A stretch of 41,098 nt of DNA from NCBI GenBank assembly GCA_009602735.1, contig WELA01001098.1, positions 297,481 through 338,578 of the forward strand. Direction: 5' to 3'. This stretch comes from Mesotaenium endlicherianum. Lineage: Eukaryota. The notes below the pieces were generated by a model that was given only the letters and a program-made list of their open reading frames with translations, did no database searches and was not told the origin of the DNA. Below are positions 20,575-31,940 of the stretch, one piece after another. The position numbers and the translations under genes were made by a program. How positions within the stretch are numbered: position 1 is the stretch's first letter; every line of letters starts with the position of its first letter.

Positions 20575-23500
20575 CTAATAGCCGGCGCCGTCCTCGCCGT
20601 CGACGGCATTGCTCCCGACGTTCTCGTTGTCGTCGTCGTAGTTGGGGAAGCGGCGCCGGAACCGGGCAATGCTGCGCGGGCTAAGCGGGGTAAGCGGGCC
20701 CGCATTGGAGCGACGTACTGGATAGCCAGTCAGCAGCGAGGCGCGAGGTGCGGCTGCGTCCGCCGGCCGGGCGGCGCTGCCCCCCCACACGCCGTCCCTG
20801 TGGCCTGCAGCGCCAACGCTGTCGCCGCTGCCACCTCCGCCGCCGCCGCCGCTGCCGTCCTCCTCCCTCTCCCCCTGCCGCTGTTGCAGGGTATCAGATG
20901 GCCCTTGCCCTCTATCCTCTGCCATGGGCGGAGGCGGAGATCGAGGGGCCTGGGCCTCGGGTGCAGCAGCAGCCGCCAGGTGGCGTGCCGCCGAGCCTCC
21001 CCTGAGGAGGCTGGCGTACGCGCCCTGGAGCAGCCCCCCCCTGAAACCTGCTTGCACTTGCGTGCGCGCCTCCCCTTGCTCCTCCCCCGCCCCAACCCCC
21101 GCCCACGCCCCCGCCTCATGAAGTGCGCCGCCACTGCTGCCGCTCGTTCTTGCCGCTCCCTCTCCTCCTCGCAGCGAGCCTCCTGACGGCCCGGCTTCCC
21201 CGTGCCCTCCCGCCCCCGCCTCGCTCCATCCCCCTCTCCCCTCTGCCGCCGCCGCCGCCGCAGCAGCCGCAGCAGCAGCACTATCGCTGACCCCACTCCT
21301 GCCCAGGCCGTCAGCGCCGCCGCCGCCGTGCTGAGCGCCCTCCCCTGCCAGCTGGCGCCGCCGCCCCTGCCCGTGACGGAGCAACCATTCGGCCCCTCCT
21401 CCGGCGGCTCCTCCTCCTCCTCCACCTGTTCTGCCCCCTGCTGCTGGACCTGCTGCTGCTGCTACTGCTGCTGCTCCGCTACTGCTGCTGGTGCCGGCCC
21501 CGTGCTCCCCCCTCCCAGCATCCCCCACAGCCCCTGGCCCTCCTGCCCCCCCCGCGCCCCCTCCATCTCCATTGGGAGGCGCGTCAGCTCCGTCGTCCAT
21601 GCGGCCCCACCCGTGGAGCTGGGGCCTGCCCTGCGGGCGGACAGGTGGCGCTATCTGGAGAGGGGGCTGCAGCCGGGCAGGGGGCTCTGGCAGAGGAGGG
21701 GAGGACGGGCTGCCGAGCGGCAGCGGGCTCGCGGGGGCAGCCGCTGGCAGCCCAGAAAACTCCTGCAAAGGGACAGGGAGAGCGTTGGAGGGGGGGGCGG
21801 GGGGGAAGGGGGGAGAGGCTCGTCAAATCACGAGAGAAACATCATGCTCTGCGGGAGTGTGCTGACTGGTCGGGTCCAAGAAACAAGCAGTTGATGTCAC
21901 TACACGAAAAGGAGGAGTGACGCGAGAGACTTGCAAACAGAACAACAGCAACGACAACAACAAGAAGCCTCCATACTCTTCCTCCCTCCCCCTCGCTCCC
22001 CTCGCCCCCCCACCCCTCTTCTTGGACCCCCGCTTCCCCAAGGCCCCACCCCCCNNNNNNNNNNNNNNNNNNNNNNNNNNNNNNNNNNNNNNNNNNNNNN
22101 NNNNNNNNNNNNNNNNNNNNNNNNNNNNNNNNNNNNNNNNNNNNNNNNNNNNNNNNNNNNNNNNNNNNNNNNNNNNNNNNNNNNNNNNNNNNNNNNNNNN
22201 NNNNNNNNNNNNNCCCCCTGGGCCCCGCCCCTTCCCCCCGTTGCCCTTCTCCTCAACCCCAGCTCTGCTCCAATTCAGAGCCATTCTCCAAAAATGATAA
22301 GGAGGTGCAAGACCAGAGCCAACGCCTGTAGGGTAGAGCCTTGCACCAGCCAGGCATTCAAGCAAGAGTAGGGCGAGAGAGAGAGAGGGAGATGCAGAGA
22401 GAGGGGGACAAGGAAAAGCGACAGAGGGGAAAGAGGGGGCAAGAGGAGACAGGGGAAGACAGGGAGAGAGAGGGTGCGGGGCAAGAGAAGGGAGCAGAAC
22501 GCAAAGAGAGATACAAGGCTGCACGACAGCAGGGTTCGCACGACGCAAGCGAGCAGGCCTAAGAGCACCACCGGGGGGGGGGGGCAGCCATCAGATAAGG
22601 ATGTGCCTTACGTGGGCACCCTGCCCTACCGTTGTGACAGGTGTGCACCCTACACTAGCGCCGTGCCAGGTGTGCACCCTACGCTACCCCCGCCCTCCCG
22701 ACCCACCTTCATGAGGCGCAGGCGCATGTGGGCAGGTGTCGTCCCGTGGGCCACCGACGCCATGGCTAGCACGGAGTAGTGAGTCATCGCCTCCACCGCC
22801 GCCCGCTTCATCTCCTCCTCCTGCCCACCCGGGCGGCAGCCCCGGACGGGGGGAGGGAGTAAGTGGGTGGGTGACGCACTCCTTTGGGTTCAGATTGGGA
22901 GTCAGCTTCGAGAGCCCAGAGATCAAACCCTTGCATTAGTGTTAGAGTGCAGAGCCTGTGGCCCTACATTGCAGAAGTCTGAAACTTTATTCAGGAGTCT
23001 GGACTACAACTTCAAGGTTGAAAGAGAGGGGATGCGAGGGACTTTTTTTTTGGGGGGGGGNAGGAAGACAGGAGAGGGGAGAAAAAGGGGGAGGAGATGC
23101 GGGGATACAAAGGCACAGAACCGTGGACTTCCTCCTTGTGTGTCTCTCTCTAAATAGTAATTTGCATGCACGTGCAGACACCAGACGCCTGTAGCCATAT
23201 GCAAATGTACTAATATACGACATAATATACATATATGTATGTATTAGGTATTGCCAGATATTCATATTTGCCTCCATTGGTCCATCTTATACCCCATGCA
23301 GCCATAAACTGTATCCTCACCAGCAGCGCCCTTCCTTTCCACTGCCCCCTGCGCTTCCCCAGATGATCACAACCTCTCCCCAATGCATCCCCAAGTGAGA
23401 AGATAGCGTGCTGACATCATTTTTGTCTGCTACTGATCAGTTGCCGCCCACCTCTTGGCCCCCCCCATGAGATCCGGAATCTAGTTCCTTTGGTATTTCT

Positions 23501-23924
23501 TGTAACCATGTTTGTAAGATTGAATACGATGTCAGCTATGCTCTCAGCTTGACTTGCTGAGTCACGCACCTACATATGCAGCTCACGATCTGATCCATGT
23601 GGTTTTACATCATGACTGACTAATCTTCAATAACGGGTCAAGTCAACAAGAAAGTCACTCGGTCACTTCCTTTCAAAGGTTGCCCTTACCACTGCAGATA
23701 CAGATCAAGGCCGAGGTCAAGCCCAACCCTTATGGCCTCTGAACTTTTCTGTACTTGCAACTGGTCATGAGTTTAAGCCTGCAGACCATGTGGTGCACAT
23801 CCGGAGCATAGGTTCGATCTTGAAGTAAGAACAACGCGCTCTCTTATAACTTGTAAAAAATAAAAAACTACCCAGCCAGCAAGTTCAGATGAGGAGTCAC
23901 CTCATAATTATCTTGAGCCGCCAT
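20575..23924 (-). CDS. Hypothetical protein, about 474 aa; exons 23924-23901, 23760-23690, 23348-23321, 22820-22707, 21762-20575; frame continues past the TAG to 20296
   Basis: Four GT-AG introns with matching phases (0,2,0,0) give MAAQDNYE|LQVQKSSEAIRVGLDLGLDLYLQW|GQWKGRALL|EEEMKRAAVEAMTHYSVLAMASVAHGTTPAHMRLRLMK|EFSGLP..., then a long Gly/Ala/Pro-rich region. The start context is aaATGGC. The last two exons are more secure than the first three. Gap 22055-22213 could hide an exon. Confidence 0.6.
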
Positions 23925-25232
23925 TTCGACGGCCGAAAAGAATAAAAGGTATCCTTATCTACTCTTACATCTAGGTTGTAGCTTAACACTGTCGAAAAAA
24001 CACCTTTGCTCTTGGCCAAAATATTCCCTTCCAATTACTTGATTCCCCAGACTGACATGTTAGAAAACCTTCCAATGGTAGCCTGTAGAAGTAAGTGACG
24101 ACGCAAACGTGGCCTCAAGATCCTTCTCAACACAGTTTTGATTAAAACTTTGAAAAGCCGATGACAGCCAGTCGGCTCTCTTTCGCAACAGAAATCTCAT
24201 GTATAAGAAAAAGTCGGACGAAGAGAAAATAAACAGCAAAGCGGATGGGACATGTGTAGCATCCACACACACAGCAACACGAAGGACAACGAATTAAATG
24301 GGGGAGCGTGCACGAGCCTTGACACACAGTTGCATATATTGCATCTAGTTTGCTTCGTGCAGGGTGGTCACATTTTCGAGCAGAAGTGTGTGTTTGTACA
24401 TACGGACAAGTTCAAATCCCCACATATTTTCCTTCACACCGTATTCGACGGATAATTTGAAGGCCTTGAATAAATATGGCGTTGGAAAATATAAAGCAAA
24501 TGAAAAACTTTCACAAAGAGTTTGAGTAATGATTTTGAACACAATCAATCCGGCCACAATTTGAACTGCCCGTCGAAACCACGGCAATTTCTTACCCCCA
24601 AGGGCAAGGAGCAGCGAGGAGCCACAGAGGGAGCAGAATGGTGGCATGTACATGATTGGTGCCAACTGGCAACTTTCTTAAGGTTCGGGATCGAGTTCGA
24701 CCCACATCAGTTCATTTCAGGGCTTGCTTGTCTTCCTCCACTCTCTCAGCTCATTTATATCACAGCTGGTTGCACCATGCAATCAGCTCATTGATTAGTG
24801 AACGAAGGATGCGGAGTGGACCTTGGGCATGTTGCCTGAAGGCAGAGGATAAGACGCTTGGCGGGTACAGATGAGGTCAATGTTGCGGAAGCAATTCTCG
24901 GGTGGCATGCATAAAATTTCTGACGCGCGTGTAACTGAAGCGACTTGGACTACCGCATGACAGCACTTCAGGAAGGAAGTTGCTAGAAAGCAAAGTGAGA
25001 CGTAAGGTGGTAAGAAAGTGTTGTCGAGGTCTGAGAAGGAACCTAGAAAACGATAGAAAATAGTGGCTCGAAGGCATCGCAGATTCTGTGGAGAATAATA
25101 AATCAGAGAGAGAAGAAAATGCCGCAGAAAGCCACTGCGTTTCGTAGATAGCGTTCAATTACGAGAAAGCAAGGATTGAATTTAACTTATTTCAGGGAAA
25201 GGGATCCCCTTTCTGGGAGAGGGTGTTAAGGC

Positions 25233-28200
25233 ATGGCAAACTTTGACGCAGGGGAAGGGGATGTGCTTGATCCGGACATGTCGAGGTCCCAACAATCCAT
25301 CTGGCTTATTAAGGTATAGTTTCTGCTTTTGCCACAGCCTCAACAGAGCTGTCTTGAATTGAGCCCATGGGTTCTCATCGCATGCTTGTATCTCGCCAGG
25401 TGTCTTGCACATGCTCACTCTCACATCCACGTGGGCACAGACTCGGAACAATCACATCTCTCTCTCCCTCTAGCATCACATCCCGTGATGCCCAACATCA
25501 CTCATGGCTTAACAAAAGCAAGGCTTAGTTAAGCCTGTCCACATGTGCTGTCTGTGCGCACATTAGGCACAGGTGTCAAGTCCTTGCACTCCGTATGCTT
25601 GCTTGCTTGTAACATGCATCATACATTGTAACAGTTACATTTAGCAGTAGGACTAGGGTTAGGGTTAGGGTTAGGAATCTGCTCGACCAGGTGCTGTGCC
25701 AGCTTCAGGCCTTGGGCTGAAAAAGAGGTCAATCAAGGGGTCAATCTTTGGTGGTGATGTCTCATACGACTGAAGTGATGTTTGGCTATCAAGCAGTACT
25801 ATACAACAAGTTCCTGTGGTGATATTTGCGATACAAATAGTATTACAACAAGAAAGTGTGATCAAGTATGAGTAAGTAGCAACAAGCATCAATAAATTAG
25901 TGTTAACACGTAGGAGTGAGCATTAACAAGTATCAATTGCTGCCTTCAAATGACAAAAGACATCTTGTGTTTGCGGTGATTCTGCAGCTACCCACGTTTG
26001 TGGCTGAGGGATTCAAGGCGGCAGGCAAGACAGGTGGCAGCATGGGGCGCGTCCGCATGGCCCTTGACCCCTTGAATCCTGATGCCCAAAACACAGAGGT
26101 CAGCAGCTGGCTCTGCGTCTTTGTAGGATGATCGTGTGTGGCTCGAATGCATAAAGGCACCTGCACACGCGTGCGTGCGTGTGCGCATACATAGGCACAC
26201 ACACACACATACACACACAAACATGCACGCGAGCGTGCGCGTGCGCGTGCGCATATTGTGCCTGCAGCTTTGCACGCACGCACGCATGCACGGACATAAA
26301 GATACGCGCGCGCATGCTCACGTGCGCACGTGCGCACATGCACGCAAACGCACATTCGTGGATGTGTGTCTGTGCAACTGTCGCAGCTCGCGTGTGGGTC
26401 CGCATACGTCTCTTCCCCTGCTGTTCTGCAGAAAGTACTCAGATACACTCTTCTAATAAACAAAGGCCAACACATGCATGCACGCATCCTCATCAGCTGA
26501 TGTCCGAGCCAGAGAAATTCATCCCGGCTGCCGCCCGCCACCTGGCACTGACGCGTGTCGCGTCTTCCTCGCATCTCGCCGGCCCAACTCTCGTCGGGCG
26601 TGCCTTGCTGGCAAGCAGTACAGCCTCCACCTGGCGCCGTGCGAGGGCGTGAGCATCCCCCTCAGCTACGTCCTCAAGTACACCCCGGACAACATCCCCA
26701 TGCAAGTTTTTGCCCAACACCCTGAAGGTGCGTGCCTGCTGACCAAACCCCCTCCCAAACCCCCCCCTTCCCGGCCTGCCCCCGGCTTTCGGGCAGGGTC
26801 CCCCTCCCACTCCCACTCCCACTCCTACTCTCTCTCCCTGTCCAGGCATCGCCGCCCACTGATGACCAGCAACCCTCGCCGACAACCCTGAAGAGGATAC
26901 CCCCTCCACTGCTGGTAGCTCCTGCTTCACCCCTGCAGCCCCAATCCCCCGCGCGCTCGACACCCCCGCCTCTTAAATACCCTGGCTCGCTTGTAGCTCT
27001 GGCCCGTCGCAATTTGTAGCTCGCCTTTTCTGATCCACGGCCCACCTCGAACCTAGGCCCGATTCACATCCTTGCCCGCCTCAAACCCTAAAAACCCCAG
27101 GCCATCTGGAGCCGTTGGCGCATCGGCAGTCGCCCTGGAGGAACCTGAGATTCATCCTCAACCCTCCCTTAACCTCGCCCTAATTCTCTTGTAAACCCTC
27201 GTCCTAGCCCTAAGCACGTATTAACCCTAAACTTGACTCTGTCTCTGATCTGCGGATTCAAGGGAGGGCACATGACCTGTCATTCGTCGCCAGTCCCAAC
27301 TATTTTGCCCTTACCCTTACCTTCCCCCTAACTCTCATGTATGCCCTGCTCAATTTTGTATGTGCAATTACGTACGTCCTAAGCTTTATGTATCCCAAAA
27401 TCTACCCCAGCGTTCACCCTAATCCTAACGTATCCTACCCCACATCCTCTCCACCCTACCATGAACCCGAAACCTCAAGCTTTGTCAACCTCAACCCCGA
27501 CCGTAGCCTTACCGCAACCCTCATCTTTAGTCTACCTTGAATCCTGACGTAAACCCTAAGCCTTACCTCACCTCAACCATGGTCCCAAAGCCTAAATTGC
27601 AGCTTTGGGGGAGGGCGAGGTCACAGGCACGGTGTCGGTGGAGGGTCGCATAGAGGCGAAGCTGGACGTGCAGCCAGGTGGCAACAACGACGCAAGCTAC
27701 CGCCAGCTCATCAAAACGCGCGACAAGTCGTACAACACGCCGAAGCGCAAGCTCCAGGTGGCGGCGCTTCCTTTGCCTCTCTAGTATTGCGGGTGCTTGC
27801 TTCCTCCCCGGGTGTTTCTTCTCCTCACTTGTTTCTCCGGATCCGTGCAGAGACGACGTTGGAGCCCGATTGGTAACTCGTTGAAGCCTTTTTTATTTTT
27901 TAGCTTGCCGTGCTTGGACCTAGCTGCAGTCTGTGAACTGTGTGTGTGCGTGAGTGTGTGTGCATGTGCGTGTATGTGTGTGTGTGTGTGTGTCTGTGTG
28001 TGTGTTTCTCTTTTTTGTGTGGGGAAATAGAGGGGAAGGACGTGGGAGTGAGGACGTTGAGGGGAGGGGTGACAGGGGAGGTGTGCTTGTGATTGTGGTT
28101 GCGTGAGTGGGTGTGCGTGCTTGGTTTTGAGTCCTTGTCTTTGCAATTGCCTGTTTGGGGGGAAAGGGTAGAGGGGGACGGAGAAATACTTCAGCTCATT

Positions 28201-31200
28201 GGTCCCCATTCTGTTTATTCACTTCCATGTGTTGTCTGCTTTTTTGCATATCCCACGCACTTTCACTTTCACCTTCACATACGCACGAGGACACACACCA
28301 CGCAGAGACACGCACACGCACATGCACACACATGCACACACACACAAACAAACACACACACACGAACACACACGCACACACACACACACGCACGCGGACA
28401 CGGATACACGCAGCAACATATCCGTGATGTACTACGGCTTTGTAGAGACCTGTACCGTGAAGTACCGAGTGGAGTTTCTGTTGCTTCCAAGCACTGCTCG
28501 CAGGTGTGGCTCGGAGACCGGGGCGGGGTGACCTCCATTCCGCTGCCCGGCGACTCCCTTGCAGCCTTTACCAAGGTTCTCCCCTCCTCTCCTCCTCCCC
28601 GCCTTCTCCATCCCCCCCCCNNNNNNNNNNNNNNNNNNNNCCATCCCCCCCCCCCCCCAATAAAAAATTCCAGGAGGGTTCCTGTCAGCCACAATCATAA
28701 TCTTTTCCCCTGGAGGAATTTGTCTTTGGACAAATCTTGAGCAAATTTCCCTAATCAGAAGGTGGCAACGCTCTTTGCTGCCTCTGTTGTTTGGACAATG
28801 CTCTTTGCTGGAGACTCCTTTAGCAGCAACCCTCTTCGCGGGCCTTGTTTCACAACAGGTAAGACTGTGGTGGCCGCTGCCAGCCGTCGGGTCGTGTCTC
28901 GTATCATACCAAGTGGCATCATGGCAGCTCGGCGGCGTCGTGACAGCCGCCGATGTGTCGCCTCGTCATGGTGCCCTTGTGGTGCCAACCAATGCCGCCA
29001 TGACGCCACATGCTCTGCTGCCCGCCAGATTAGCAGATCATTTCTGTTCTTGTCCTCACCCGTACCTCTCTGTCATCCTCAAGATGCTAGCCCTTATCCC
29101 CCTTGATATAACAACACCCGCACCCTCCCGCACTTTCCAGGCGTCTGTCTCTGGAGTGTCATTTGTGAGGCGCTCTCCCCTGAGACCCCTCGATATAGCG
29201 ACACGCGCAGTACCCTGGGCTCGCAGCGGAAGTCTCTTGGTTTTCGGGCCATGACGTGAGGGGCAGCAGCTCGGGGGGCTCTGCGGCAGCTTGCTCCTTG
29301 CAAAATACCTCTTTCTTTCCTTCTTCCTCTTCCTCTTTCTCTTCCTCTTTCTCTTCCTCTTCTTTTTATTCTTCTTTTTCCTTGTGGCGCTTAGGGGACG
29401 GTTGTTGTGCCCACACAGTCTGATCTGCCCCCCCTTGCTCAGATCCCCCACCCCCCCTCCCCCTCCTCCTCGCCCTCGCCCTCCCCCGGGCCCCCCTTCT
29501 AGTCTTTTTGTTTTTCTTCTTGCTAATGGTTGGGTTACAGATGTCTTGCCTGCGTCGTGTGTCTTGCTCAGATTCCCCTAACCTCTTCCCCCCAATCCTT
29601 CCTCCCCCCCCTTCCGGCAATTTTTTGTAAGAAAAAGAACAGGAGGGCAGGACAGGACAAGCGCCGGGCCCTCCCCGTGGCTCTCTTCTGTTTGCTTATT
29701 CTGTGCGGCCTTGGCCAAACAGTCCCCTGCTGCCAGATGGCGTCCAACCGAAACGGCGGCAGCATGCAGTGGGGGCACTGGGCACTGTGCGTGCTCGTGC
29801 ACGTGCTTGTGCGCGCACGCTCCCCCCGTGCCCTGCGGCGCGCGTGTGCGCGCACGCCCGCACTCTTGCAGGGGTTCCGGCCTGCGTGCACTTGCGCTGC
29901 TCCACACTCGTGCTTGCAAAACAATGAAATTGACTGCTGCGAAACGCACAACAGTCTCGAGGAGGGGAGCAGCCCCAGCACTCGCCCCCCTGCCAGAAGA
30001 GGGAGTGCTAAGAAAGGGAGTGCTGGGGGAGGGAGTGCTGGGAGAGGGAGTGTTTGGGGAGGGAGTGCCGGGGGAGGGAGCCCCTGAGATCTCACTACTA
30101 TGCTGGGCCTGTTTTGTTTTTTTTTGGGGGGGGNNNNNNNNNNNNNNNNNNNNNTTTTTTTGGGGGGGGGGGGGGCGGTGTAACCAACGCCAGGACAAGA
30201 GGAAGGCGGCTGAGAGGGAGCGGGAGAGGGACGGTGGCGGAGGCGCACGCGGCGGCGGCATCGGCGGCGCCGGGCCGTCCCGCCCGTCTGACGCCAAGCG
30301 TGTGAGGATGAGCCGCGACTCGCTGGAGGCGCTGGTGTTCAAGCTGTTTGAGTCGCAGCCCCACTGGGGCCTCAAGCAGCTCATTGATGCCACTGAGCAG
30401 CCCCAGGTGGGTGTGCCTGCCTTGCCTGCATGCCTTCCTGCTTGCCCGCTTGCCTGCCTGCCTGCCGGCGTGCCTGCCTGCAGCTGCCTGCCTGCCTGCC
30501 TGCCTGGCTTCCTGATTGCCTGGCTGCCTGGCCGGCTGCCTGGTTGGGGGCGTTCGTGCACTTGCTCGCTTCCTCGGCCAATTGCCAGGTTGCTCGGCCC
30601 CCTCGGCTGCTGGCATGCTCCAGCATTCGGATGCTTTCATCGGCTCTTGACTCCAACCCCCTTGCACCTTCCTTCTCCACCGCCCCCCCTGTGTTCCCCC
30701 CCCCCCCTCCGCCCTTCTTCCCCTTTGTCCCTGGCTGAACTCCTGGTGCTGGTGCTGGTGCCATTGCTGGTGCTGGTGCTGGTGCCACACTTGTGCGCTC
30801 TTGAAATGACTTGGAGCTGGCGTGGCCGGCCTCGAGGCGTCGCGCTCGCTGTCTCGGCTTTCGAGCGTGTCGTTCGCGCTTTATTTGTGTTCTTGTGCGA
30901 GAAGGAGGACGCTATCCACGCTGCTGAAGCGTATGTCGAGGGACCTACCGGGGGGGGACCGCTGCTTTGTGTGCCACGTCGTATCAGTGATATCGAGATT
31001 GTTGCTGCAAAGAAAGAGAAGAGCCCTTGGAGAGCCTGGCTGCTGCTGCTCAAGGTCTAAGAGGAGGAGGAGGGAGGGGGGAGGAAGGAGGGGGGAGGAC
31101 GGAGAAGAAAAAGGGGAAGAGGGAGGTGCGGAAAGGGGAGTGGGAAGGGGGGAAAGGGGGAATTTTGTCGCGGCATTTGCTTGCTGATGTCTGTGGATGT

Positions 31201-31940
31201 GTGCTGAGAGAGTGGGAGAGTGAGGGAATGGAAGCAGAGGCAGAAGAAGTTGCGCAAGCTTGCGTGAGTTGCACACATGAGGGAATTGTTTCTGATATTT
31301 CAGAACCTGCACTGGTGAAGTTTCCCCGTTCTCTGCTTGCCTAACCTGTGCTTTCTTCGGGAAGGCTCACCCCTCTCGTATGCGTGCCTGCGTATGTACA
31401 TGTGTATGTGACCAAGAGCAGAATTCTGTGCATGTGTGTGTGTGTGTGTGTGTGTGTCGCGCGCGTGCGTGTGCCTGCGAGCGTGCCTGTCAGCTTTGAA
31501 AACCATCTTAGTAGACATCACCTCATGAAAGTGACGTCTCCGTTCACGTCCTTCATAGTTCTTTCTGACATGCACGCATAAAGTGCACGCCTACACGCAC
31601 ACCACGGGCCCGCTCGCGCGCGCGTGCTTGCTCGCTCTCCTCGCTCACCCGCCCGCTCTCTTGCTTGCCCACGCTTTTCACCCGCCCGCTCGCTCGCTCC
31701 CATTCCCGTTCTCTTAGTTGCTCACATTCCCGCTCACTCAATCGCTCCCTTGCTCCCCCCCTGCCACTTCCCCGCTCTCTTGTTGCGCAGCAATTCCTGA
31801 AAGACATTCTGAACGAGCTGTGCGTGTACAACAAGAGGGGCATGCACCAGGGCATGTACGAGCTCAAGCCCGAGTATCGCCAGCAAGCCCCGGCCCCCGC
31901 CGCCGCCGCCGCCAAGCGCGACCCCGACGCCGACGACTGA
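25233..31940 (+). CDS. GTF2F2: General transcription factor IIF beta subunit (RAP30), 288 aa; exons 25233-25313, 25988-26098, 26619-26727, 27627-27757, 28504-28575, 30194-30406, 31791-31940
   Basis: All six introns are GT-AG and in phase. N-terminal SIWLIKLPTFVAE, central [13 protein letters not shown]...YRQLIKTR, and C-terminal winged helix [65 protein letters not shown], typical of RAP30/Tfg2. Confidence 0.95.
25654..25675 (+). repeat. Short interstitial telomere-like repeat (TTAGGG)x~3.5 in TFIIF-beta intron 1
   Basis: TAGGGTTAGGGTTAGGGTTAGG read directly. Confidence 0.75.
27080..27597 (+). repeat. Degenerate CCCTAA/AACCCT telomere-like tract in TFIIF-beta intron 3
   Basis: Many variants: AAACCCTAAAAACCCC, GCCCTAATT, TAAACCCT, TAACCCTAAAC, CCCTTACCCTTACC, CCCCTAAC, CACCCTAATCCTAAC, AAACCCTAAGCC. 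Confidence 0.6.
30001..30080 (+). repeat. 15-bp G-rich minisatellite (about 5.3 copies) in TFIIF-beta intron 5
   Basis: GGGAGTGCTAAGAAA, GGGAGTGCTGGGGGA, GGGAGTGCTGGGAGA, GGGAGTGTTTGGGGA, GGGAGTGCCGGGGGA, GGGAG. Confidence 0.85.
30414..30542 (+). repeat. Degenerate (TGCC)n microsatellite at the 5' end of TFIIF-beta intron 6
   Basis: Runs of TGCC/GCCT directly after the donor at 30407. Confidence 0.8.

Noticed and set aside
20730..21425. Alternative-frame ORF with an apparent transmembrane segment, plus antisense ORFs at 20186-21894
   Set aside because: Shadow frames of a very GC-rich exon. Only the 397-codon frame is in phase with the acceptor at 21763 and the upstream exon.
29711..31060. 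449-aa ORF
   Set aside because: It spans an N-gap and intronic repeats; only 30194-30406 is coding (TFIIF-beta exon 6).
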